The notes under the pieces are model-generated. The model was not told the origin of the DNA, did not search any database, and was given only the letters and a program-made list of their open reading frames with translations. From Botryllus schlosseri (Eukaryota), in assembly GCA_051294905.1 (NCBI GenBank), contig CM119371.1, positions 36,086,001 through 36,150,000 on the forward strand: 64,000 nucleotides of DNA. Direction: 5' to 3'. The position numbers and the translations under genes are program-made. Below, one piece after another: positions 14,101-24,685 of the stretch; position 1 is the stretch's first letter, and each line of letters begins with the position of its first letter.

Positions 14101-17100
14101 ATGAAATCTTAACATCGAATAGCGACCTGGTGTAAATGACTATTGCAGTCGAAAACACTATAACGACCACAAACAACGAAAGCGCAGGCTATGTAAGAAT
14201 AGCTATCACATACCACAATTTACGGTTATAGGTAGGTCTATATGGGTGGAAAATACATATCAGCTACATCAGTAAGGGAATGTATTTGCTCCGCATTACG
14301 TATCGGCCGTCGCTACTATACAATTCCTACCAGACTGTTGGTTTCCGAAATCAATAGCGCGTTCACTGCGCTGCGATTGTCCCATTGTTAGCGAATAGTG
14401 CATGAGGCAGAGTCGTTTGTGCCTCACCTGGCTATTGCTTATCTGCGATGGCATTGTCTGTAATAAAGCCGAATGTAGCATTCATTGGCGATTTTGAGGG
14501 GGTTCTGGTGCTCTGACACTGTTAATATTTGGATTTTCAGAATCTGTGCGACGATAGCGTTTGATTGATACCAGTTATTATGAATTCCGACCTGTTTATG
14601 ATGAATTGCATTGTCGTAGGTGAGGCACGACCCGCCCGTGCCTCACCCGTGCCTCACATCTCCTTTGGTGCTGTACTTTTGAATATAATTATGCAAATTG
14701 ATGATGTTGGATGTTAAAAATGTACATATTTAGTTATTTATGTACATCGATGGAAAATATCAATAATCATCGAGGGTTTTCACAATTTTCTCTTCCTCAC
14801 CCTGACGACAGGTGAGGCACTGCCTCACTTGCCTCATTTGACCGCCCGTCACTGGGCCCGTATATCATGGTAGGCTGAAAGTCATCGGAACTGTTCCACC
14901 AATCCTCAGTTTATATCAGTGCATTGGATGTAGTGGATCACATATTGTAAATCTCGTAATATAGGCGGCTTCGTATTAGCGATAAAGTAGTTCGTTTTCT
15001 CGCTGTTTTGACTACTGCGACATCAAGTGGTGTATGGTACTACAGCTATATTTCTTCTCTGGAGGTGGCAGGATAGCGCAGTGGTACGTTCCACGGCCGA
15101 AGCACCAAGGAGTTTTGAGTGTCATCTAGCGGGGTTCGAAATTCCAACGTATGTCTTGGAGTTTTGTCTTGCTAATCTGCTCCACACCATCCGAACCGCG
15201 TAAGCGGTGTCTTAGAAATTCCTAGAGCGAAAGTGGGCCATGTTAAATCTAAGCAGAACCGAAATTTTATTATTGCATATCTCCCGGTGTAATTGAAGCG
15301 ACCAATGAAGTCAATGCGTCACGAATATTAAAACAACAACGGCTAATTATATCACGTGCTGATTAAGTGGTTACTAATAGTAAAGATAAATACCCAAGAC
15401 CTAGATAGAGATTTGAAGTGAACCTCAATGCGTCAGATGACGTTTTCGCTTAAAGTTCATTGAATGTCCAAATTATATTATGCGTCCTGATCGCGAGGCG
15501 TATAACGCCCTTCGTACTACTTTTTCAGATTCAAGTTTCTTAAAATGGAGACTTCCGATTTCCTAACGTCTGACGATTCGTATCTCATCAACGAATTGGA
15601 GTCAAAAGTAACGCCGCCGTTTCTCCTGCTCAAGCATCACAGATTTCTGAACTTTACCAAGTAAGAATCGTATTTACAATGCATGTTTCTCCCATCATAA
15701 TGCTCATATATCAATTGGCCTTAGGAATAGTGCGAGACTATACGTATCACATTGCGTTCGGTATGCGGACCTTTATCATGTAATACTAACCGTTATAACC
15801 CAACAGACATTCGTGCACTCAAACAAGTCCTATTAGGTTCATAGTGAACTTTTTTGGGTAACATATAAATGTAACAATTGAATACTATATCTATATTGAA
15901 ATGAACACGAGTATTAACCGCTGGCACTCGTCAGGAGTAATCGTTAGCAACTAGTAGAGTAGAGAATAAATAAATGTAACAGCTATTTATGTCGTGTTGC
16001 GCCAATCTTATGTACATGCCAATTGCGATTTGCTCATTTCATTTGGTCGGCAGCGTGAAATTATCCGTCACAACACAACCCAATCACAACTCAATCCACT
16101 CAGGCTCATCTTATCACAACACATACAATATTATACAGAGACGATGGTTCCTTACCAAATTTTACCGTAGTTGCTATGTATGCAGACTAGTTGCACTGAT
16201 ACTTTACAGTTTCGAGGTTAAAACTGCTGTCTTTCTACTCCCCTTATGCTGTGAAGTAGGTGGTAGTTTCTGAGTAAACTCTTAACGAAAAGTGTGTATT
16301 CACACCCGATGGGTGGTACACGAAAATAGAACCTCTAACTCAGAATTATATTGCGGTTATAGACTCTACGAGCATACATTCCTATGTCCCTAGGTGCAAG
16401 CATCATTTGGATTGAAATGTTGTATTTGATTTAAGCCATAGTGTAAGTCTGATGTATGTTCTGATTGCGTGTATACGGTGTATATTCACACCATTATGTC
16501 ACCGTTGCTACAAGGACGTGAATAAACATCCTTTTTCGCTAAGAACGTAAGTTTGCATCTCCTTTACGTTTGAAACTGTCTTAACAACTGAGCTAAACAG
16601 CCCCCTATCACTGTAACTGAATATAATTCCAAACATATCAACTATTCGTAGTGTCATTAATCATATTTCGTTAGTCGCTATGATGTGCTTTGAAATTTCG
16701 GAAGCAGCCATCTCCGATGAACTGTAAAAAGCATGGAGCCCCTCAACCGAGTTAAAATTTGAAGCCACTCACTTAAGTATATTATTCGGACACTCATTTT
16801 CTTTTCCACTTGTAGCAGTTTTAACATGTCCCGGAAGCAAACGAAGTACTGACGAATTACTTTTACTTTTCGAAGCTTTTCGAGTGGATTTTGCCTACTC
16901 GCACTACTCCCAGAATTGGTTATGCTTCTAGACTACGTTTACTTCTACTTGATAGTTTTCATACTTACTCTTACTTACTTTCAAATCGGTACTATGCTAC
17001 TTCTACTTGAGTTCAAGCGACTAATTCGACCACCACTGCTTGGAAATACCTACTAGTACCACTACTACTGCTATCGATTGAGTAAAATGTACGATAGTGG

Positions 17101-20100
17101 GCCTACTTCTGCATCTACCTGAGTATCGAAGATGGATACTTAGAACGGCCTAATAAGGGGCGAGATAGCGCAGTGGTATAATCCGCGGCTACAACACCAA
17201 TGGGTGCTGGTTCGAGTCCGACCGAGGTCGACTTCCGAATTTCGATACCTAAGTGTTGGAGGTTTACCTAGGCTCCTCCTCGTCACCTCATCCGCGTCAG
17301 CGGTGTCTTACAAAAATCCTAAGAGGTGGGCCGTGCTATAAGTCGGCAGTTGCGGAAAATAAAAAGAATATCGGCCTGGTGTAAATGACCATAGTAGTCG
17401 ACAAACACCATGAATACCCCAAAACAAACAAACAAACAAACGGCCTAATACCAATACACTGAATTGCGTCACAGAAGCCACCGGGACCAGCCGACGTATA
17501 TCAACGTGATGCGGGACCCGCTGGAGTGGTTCACGTCGCGATATTACTTCTCTCGATTCGGTTGGAACAGGAAACCGGGCTGCAGGAAAGCGGATTGCGG
17601 CATGAGCGAAGCGGAAAGGAAAATGGTGAGGAAATGTTAATCAGCAGTGTTGGGATGACTCGAGTCAGACTCGAGTCAACATTTTCGTATGACTTGACTT
17701 GACTCGAGTCACTTTGCTAAAATGACTTGACTTGACTTGACTCGACGCTTCAGAAATGTGGATTGACTCGTGACTCGGAGCAAAATTTACGGGTCAATTT
17801 AAAGTCATTGAGTAAACGGTGTCGATTAAATCACCCTATCTTTTGTTTGTTCGGATTGTTCGCGATACACCGATGCCACTTGTGAAAGTAGCCAGTCATT
17901 CACTGATTGTACGTTTCCCTGATCATCCATTGTTACATCAAAAATAATTGACCGCAGACGAAACGATCACAGCTTATAGGTTGTCGTATTAGTAGTAGCA
18001 TTAGATTAATTTAACAGCAACGTATGTTTGTTTCTTAGACGACTCAGTGCTTACAATACTACGCAGTGCTCACCTTTACCAACCCTTTTGTATAATTTAC
18101 ATCGAACGATCATCGGTTATGCGTTTATATCCTCGCGAATGTGTATAGATGGGTAGTGCATAGTGCCATATCAGTTTGTTGCAACTTCTCGAGGCTTCGT
18201 ATCGATCCTCTATTTCTCTGATAATAGCAGACTGTAGCATGTAGTATACGCAGTTACTCGCGTATTTTAGCAGCATGAGCGATACAACGCCGTTTTGCAT
18301 GTAGATTGAACTTTTATTCGTTATTTGATTCAGAATAAATGGTCAATTAATCAGTCTTTCACCCAGTCAGCGAAATGTAATGACTTTGCATCGTCACTCA
18401 TACTTGAATCGTGACTTGACTTGATTTGACTCGATTTGACTCGAGTCACCTCCAAAAATCGAGTGACTTGACTTGACTCGAGTCAAAATGTGCACTGACT
18501 CGAGATGACTGGTGACTCGAAGGTAGTGACTTGATCCAAACACTGTTAATCAGTAACTGGGTTTCTTGGGGAAAATGTGCAGGGGACGTGAACAACATTG
18601 TACTGATCTATCATTGACACTCATACACAATACATAATAGTGATTAGTGATAGCTATTTACAAAGTTCCAAAGTGTACCTTTCATACGATCGCAAAGGAA
18701 ATAATCACTGTTACACTTAGCCTACTTCAGATTACAAACCCTTAATCTTGCTATGTCAAACTGGTAATACTTTCTTTGCGGCCGCATAAAGTGCACACAG
18801 TTTAAATTTGCAATTCGCGAGGTTATATTGTTATAATGTTGTAATGCTCTGGGTTGAGCAGTTGTCAATAATGTCGCGACTCCACACGCAGGCCTATATT
18901 GGTGTTATGTTCCTGATCTTGTTTGAACAATAGCTCATACGACGAGGTTGCAATATGAAATCAGTATATTATACAGCAGAATAATTTTAAGGCAGCGACA
19001 CGATCGAGAGTGCAGTTAAACGAAAGACGTGAACAGAACACAAAGGGTATAAATACAAGCACGACACACGAGGAAATAATGATTGGCGGTAATTACTAGT
19101 CCTATAGAAATTAGGAGTTAAACAACACTGAACGTAAATGCACGAACATATCAATTGGTAGCCTCATTCTATATTTATTGTATGCTATGATGAGGCAAGT
19201 CATGTTAATAAGTCTTCAATAGCGGAAAACAAGTAGTTTTGCCGCAAAACTGTCAAGTAGGTGTAGAAGTATTCGAAAATGATACAACCACTAAGCAGTA
19301 GAAATGGGTAAATCTATTTCGGTGATCAAAAAAGCAGAAGTATAGGCCTACATCGTTACAGACCACCTCAAAGTACATCCAGATCTGGATATGATATTGC
19401 ACGATATCACGTGAATTGTTTGATTTTAATCTGCTCATATCTTCACATGGTATCAACTGTAGCTATATGTCGGCAGTGTCATACTGTTAAAGCACTAATG
19501 ATTGATGATATTTCCAGGAGATCGACGATTGCGTGAAGAAAAGACACCGGGAGTGCATGAATCCCTGGATGTACATTCAGTTCTTCTGCGGCACTTCGCC
19601 GGAATGCAATAAGTAAATCGCTTCTCTGCTTTTCAATTTTGAAAAGAGATTGACTATTCCTTTCCGCATTACAGCGTTACGTCTCTGGCTCAAAAAGAAA
19701 AAGCTACAGAAATTGCAAAGAAGAACATCCTTGACGAGTATCACGCCATGGGCGTTTTGGAGCATTTCGAAGACACGTTGAAGCTTTTCGAACACTTGCT
19801 GCCGGACTACTTCAGGAATGCCGTTCCGACGTGGAAATCCGATTGTGAGTATTACGACGGAATAGATATTTAAATCTGGCTATTCCTATTCCTTCCTTTT
19901 GATTAGAGAGTTAATCCTAAAAGTGGCCCAAAATTCTAGATAAAAGCGTCACATGCAACTGTCGTGACTTTTCGCAATTGAATATGTCCGCAATTATATA
20001 TATAGTTGACGATTGTGCATGTTATTTTGTTCAAATTTATTTGCGTTCGTAATTTAACAGTAATTTGTAAGCCTTCTAAGATTGGCTGTTCAGTTCAAAC

Positions 20101-21192
20101 CGTCATTCAAAGCGGTGGCGACCAATCAAAAGTTAATTATGTCGATGCATAAGTAGCCTATTTGTAAATCTTCTTCCTTTATTCTTACATTAATTCAGTT
20201 CTATGTTCATAGTTATTTCTGATTTGGAACATGAATGTTCCACTAAACTCGTTACAATTCTCTGATGAAGCCTACAACGATTATCGTCAGTAACGCATAA
20301 CGGTTCATTAAACAGGCCACGTGTCCAGAATTCAGCACCAGAGGGTTCCGAAACCTATATCGTGGTGTTATTCACCATCAGCAGATGCATCTCAATTGTG
20401 GGTTGCTCGCTTTATGAAAGTAGACCAATAGATGATGGCTGTTTACTGCTGGTAACCTTTATATAAAGCTTTCTGAATTCCCTCTCCTTCAACTTCCAGA
20501 TGAAAAGATGGAATGTAATGTAACTTATTGACTTCCGTGTATTGGTTTCATGGTCATTTCTATGTCGGATGATGTTTGAGACTTATGTGTGCGTCCTTCA
20601 TGTACAATCAGGAGCGGGCAGTCGCGCAGTACTTCTGCTGTTGCGGAGTAATCAAGCAGACTTTTTCCAAAATAGCACTAAATTGATGCTAAAGTGGAAT
20701 TGGCTATTTGGAAAGCTATAATGTGTGATTGGCTACCAAAATGAAGCAACGCCTAATCCACTTACAATTTTTAAACTGTTCAGTTGAATAAATTCCCGGT
20801 TCCCCACTATTTAATTCTACTTGAAGGAGCTTTTACATGATTTCAAGTCGCATTTTCAACTTGCAATGCTGCAATTATTACGACGTAACCTTTACCAGAC
20901 CCATGGTTAATGCCGGTATGGCTATAGCCTATTATGTGCAATTTTACATTGTACTTACATCGACGAAGAGTAGGCTACAAAGTAGCCTTGTTCTAACCTT
21001 TATCTACGTTCACTTGCAGTTATCCAAAAGAAGCAGCAAATGACGAAGACGACCTACAAGAAAGAGATGAGCGAGGAATCGAAAGAATTCTTCAGAAACG
21101 GGCCGCTGCATTACGAAATCGAACTTTACAAGTTCGCCCTCGAACTCTTCAAGCAAAAATTGAATCACTTTGACCTCAAAGCCACTGTGTGA
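8146..21192 (+). CDS. Heparan sulfate/uronyl 2-O-sulfotransferase family protein (HS2ST/UST-like), 9 coding exons, ~436 aa
   Basis: Exons 8146-8219, 8280-8386, 10806-11116, 11206-11303, 15529-15660, 17475-17625, 19518-19612, 19675-19844, 21020-21192 join in frame at GT-AG sites (1311 nt, ends TGA). Basic N-terminus then hydrophobic anchor (AAFILCLMMLSGFL), stem, 5'-PSB motif FHNKLPKSGSST, LLKHHRFLNF, 3'-PB motif YINVMRDPLEWFTSRYYF, IQFFCG, AKKNILDEYHAMGVLEHFEDTLKLFEHLLPDYF. Alternative in-frame ATG at 8185. Confidence 0.92.
8806..10351. mobile_element. hAT-type MITE family B (CAGGGTTGTAA termini, GACTCGAGTC-rich) containing nested family A copy
   Basis: Termini CACGGTTGTAAT...ATTACAACCCTG; degenerate TSD CTTATTAG/GTCATTAG; similar to copies at 26967, 32431, 52606, 54757. 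Confidence 0.75.
9500..10336. mobile_element. hAT-type MITE family A, copy 2 (nested in family B)
   Basis: Same TIRs and body as 3213-4209 with an internal deletion; TSD GTCATTAC/GCCATTAC. Confidence 0.88.
11374..12965. mobile_element. hAT (Charlie-like) non-autonomous element
   Basis: Termini CAGGGGTTCCCAACC...GGTTGAGAACCACTG; perfect 8-bp TSD CGGTAGCT (11366-11373, 12966-12973). Confidence 0.88.
12078..12847. mobile_element. hAT MITE nested in 11374-12965
   Basis: Termini CACGGAAGGGCAACCT...AGGTTGCCTACCTCTG; perfect TSD TATTAGAT. Confidence 0.8.
13287..14854. mobile_element. hAT non-autonomous element (CAGTGACG termini) carrying a SINE 3' fragment (~14040-14180)
   Basis: TIR CAGTGACGTGCGGT...ACCGCCCGTCACTG; TSD GGTCCGTA/GGCCCGTA; subterminal TGAGGCA/TGCCTCA motifs. 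Confidence 0.82.
15063..15275 (+). mobile_element. tRNA-derived SINE family 1, degenerate copy
   Basis: GGATAGCGCAGTGG A-box, GGTTCGAAA B-box-like, body similar to 17157-17438. Confidence 0.7.
17157..17438 (+). mobile_element. tRNA-derived SINE family 1, full-length
   Basis: A-box TAGCGCAGTGG, B-box GGTTCGAGTCC, (AAAC)n tail, 12-bp TSD AACGGCCTAATA (17144-17155, 17439-17450). Confidence 0.9.
17645..18545. mobile_element. hAT MITE family C (CAGTGTTGGGAT termini, GACTT/GACTC subterminal arrays)
   Basis: TIRs; perfect TSD TTAATCAG; homologous copy at 46527-47448 and fragment near 21882. Confidence 0.9.
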
Positions 21193-22103
21193 TCGCGCCA
21201 GCGAGATTCCTAAGTTTCTTCAAAAATTGCGAAAAGGGCCTGCAATAGCCCCGTATTTTTACTTAAACGGCGTACCTTATGTTGTTGCGCTGTTTAATAT
21301 AATGCCTTTTTATTATTTTAGTACTATTACTTGAACATTTTGATAAATTAAAATATATTGAAGGTATAATGTAGCTGCTATCATCTGGTATAATTGAGCC
21401 TATAAATGAACGCATTGAACGAATCCCTCCCTCATCGGACTTCATCCTGATGAAATATATCCATACATAGGCTATTATCCAGCCTGCCCCTGGAACGTGT
21501 AAATTTGCACCTGAATAAGATGATCTTGGATGATCCCTTTTCAGCCGGGTACAGCCCAGTACAATTAATGGATGCATCGGCCATCAACTAAAGCAAACCC
21601 GTGGGAAGTTTGACTATATACATACAGACCTACAAACATGGTAGCGAATATATATTAATATCACTTTTATTTGAGTCGCATTTCAAACTATATCTATCAA
21701 TTTGGAGTTGCTCTATTACTGAACTTGTAGGTTGCAGTCTTGCAATAGGACTATACCATCTATGTGACAGCAGTGGCTGTATGATTACGTAATTTTACTG
21801 GGACATTTGTTAATTGAAAGGGTAGTAGTATAAGCACTCAGTACCTTCTACAATTTACCTCACGATTTAAACGCTGTAAGTTAGTGTTGGGATGACTCGA
21901 GTCCGACTCAAATCTTGGTTCATGTCTCGACGTCAATCGAGTCACTCGACGACCCTAAAATGAATTGACTTACCTAAGACACGATGTATGTATGACTCGA
22001 AGACGAATATTCAAGTAACTTTTCTGCGCTGGCACCTATACGCTTGTATTCATGCAGTATACCTTTTGTACGTAGAGCAGGCTTTCAGGTTTACAGCGTC
22101 CAA

Positions 22104-23292
22104 CCATAGTGTCCTATATGGTGTCGACACAGGCAAATCTCACGCCTCAGTAAGCCCATTTACATGGTCAAGTCGTCTTGAAGCCAAGTCGTCTTGGAGT
22201 GACGTCATGAGACGGCTTGCCAAAGTGATCGAGTTTACATGGTCATGTTTATCGCATCTCGAGTGATACGCAGCACTTTGTGATTCAGCTCGGGAATATG
22301 CTACGGCAGTTGAGATATCCAGAAATACTTCAACACAATTCCTGAAATGACCAAATACACCGTGTATATATTCTTTCTGATAGTTAGTTAGGCAAGTTAT
22401 ATTGTTGGCTGTACCCGCTTCATAAGTTGTGACGCTGAACAAATAAGACCACGTGCATATTATAAAAGCAGTATCATGTACTGATAGAGCTTTTATATTC
22501 ACCCAGTTCAAATACGTGCCGGTTTCGTGAAATACGAACATGAAATGTTGGTGTGTTGCTGTAGTCTGGATTCGTTTTCAAGTACCGGTGCTGTTCAAGT
22601 CGTCTCCAAGCGACTCTGCGGAACGGATTGAGCTCAAGACGGATTGAAGCCGTCTGCCTTTTTCTCTTTTTCAAAAACGAGAGAGTCGGATTGACGAGTC
22701 AGCTTCGAAGCTGACCCAAACGACCATGTAAATGGGCTTAGTGAAATTGTATCACGTCATAATTTCCATTTGGCTACAGGCAATTTGACGGTCATTTTTG
22801 GCCGGCATGCCGAGCATTAAATTTGGTAAAACGAGTATCAATCGAAAGCTGACTCTGCACTGATTACCAAAATATAATTTTTACTCCGCTCGTGGCCCTG
22901 GAACTCCCACAATCAGCCTCGAATTTTTCATTGTTATGGAGATTCGCATTGGGACGCAACAATGCCGAACAATGCTGTCTGGCTCTTTTTCTCTCGAGCT
23001 ACTCTCTCGTTTCGCCAGATAGCATTGTTGCGTCTCAATGCCAATCTCCATAACAATGAAAAAATCGAGGCTGATTGTGGGAGTTTCAGGGCCACGAGCG
23101 GAATAAAATTTATATTTTCGTAATCAGTGCGGAGTCAGCTTTCGATTGATACCAGTTTTACCAAATTTAATGCTCGGCAAGCCGGTCAAAAATGACCGTC
23201 AAATTGCCTGTAGCCAAATGGAAATTGTGACGTGGTACAATTTCACTGAGGAGTGAGATTTGTCTGAGTCGACGCCATATAGGACACTATGG
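22104..23292. mobile_element. Long palindromic (foldback) MITE, CCATAG termini
   Basis: Arms ~22740-22980 and ~23010-23250 are near-perfect inverted repeats, extended by 22104-22151/23245-23292; 5-bp flanking duplication TCCAA. Confidence 0.85.
22152..22739. mobile_element. MITE with TIR AAGCCCATTTACATGGTC nested in the foldback element
   Basis: Exact TIRs; 3-bp TSD AGT deduced by comparison with the uninterrupted opposite arm. Confidence 0.8.
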
Positions 23293-23297
23293 TCCAA

Positions 23298-23862
23298 CTA
23301 TAGATTACTAATCTACGGATAGATACACAACTCCCGCAAAACCCGTCGTTACGCTCGGGCAAGCAGTTACTCTTAGTGCTGAGCAATCTAAAAGCAGAAT
23401 AATTGGTAGTGCTATAACTGGCGGCCAGGGCGCTGAAAATTAATAGAACTGGTCTTGATCGAAACCTGGTGTCGCACTGATTCCGGCAATACAAATTAAA
23501 ATTTTGTCAGAGCGATGGAACCACCTTAAAACAGCCCTGAAAGTCTCAAAATCGGCATCGTTCCGAACAATCGCTTGACGAAATTGGTCATTGTTATGTT
23601 CATTGTGTCGCGGCGCTGCCATCGTTAAAACAATGCCGATTTTCAGACTTTGCGGGCTGTTTAGGGGTGGTTGCATTGCCCTGAAAAGATTTTAATTTGT
23701 ATTTGCGGAATCAGTGAGACAGCAGCTTTCGCTTAAGACCAATTATATTAAATTTCAGCGCTCTGGTCGCAAGCTACAGCACTACAAATTACGCTATTTT
23801 TTGATTGCTCAGCAATACGAGACCAGGAGTTGCGTATCTATCCGTAGATTAGTAATCTATAG
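23298..23862. mobile_element. Palindromic MITE, CTATAG termini
   Basis: TIR CTATAGATTACTAATCTACGGATAGATAC at both ends, longer imperfect arms; flanks TCCAA/TCAAA. Confidence 0.85.
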
Positions 23863-24685
23863 TCAAACTGCCAGTTTTTATCTCCTGTAACTTTTCCCTG
23901 TGGGTTAAATTGTTGCCATGGCAACATCTCGTCCTAATAAAGTAATCTATATCTTTAGCGCTGGAGTAGATAACCTATCACGACTACACACATGCATTCC
24001 ATTTTCTCCAGTTCGCCTTGCATTACGGTAATATGTTTGTAGACATAGTATTTACAATAATTCAATCGGTGGGCTGTACTTTTCTGAGTTATGTTCACAT
24101 GTCTTGCGCATAACCAAGTGGTGTTCACGTTATGCTGCAACCGTTACAACTTAATCGTGGTGACAATCTTTCACACTCTTACATCTTCATTCGGCACAAA
24201 TTTAACCGGACAAAACTTTCATGTTATTGCACCAATTATCACCTGTGGTCTATTCGCTATAACAGATTATTTGGGACAGCATGTCAAAGTTGTTAGTGCC
24301 AAACCAAATGCATTGGGATTGTTCAATGTTCGCGTTGGCCCCAGAGTTTTCTTCTTGTCTTCACCTACTGCTGTTATATCATCGATAGTAATAACGTGCC
24401 CATTGTATAGGGAGATGCATTCGGAACATTGGATCAAAATTTTCCGGTGCAAACCATAAGCCCTACCACCAATCTGGACTGACTGCCAGGGTATCATTGG
24501 TCGACACCATGCCACGTTACAATTATTCTGCCCTCACATCTTGTCCTGCATTTTTCTATGTCTGCATTTTAAGTATACGCGACGCTGTCTACGGATGTGC
24601 TGATATTTTATATTGTTTACCGAGAATACAATTTGATATCTGTATATCGTGTGTCCATATACATCCGCCGTAAACAGAGATACTT

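Noticed and set aside
17157..17235. Possible tRNA gene
   Set aside because: A/B boxes are followed by a non-tRNA body, (AAAC)n tail and 12-bp TSD, with several dispersed copies: a SINE head.
20225..20620. Possible second LINE ORF2 relic on the minus strand
   Set aside because: Only faint motif resemblance with many stops; cannot be supported without alignment.
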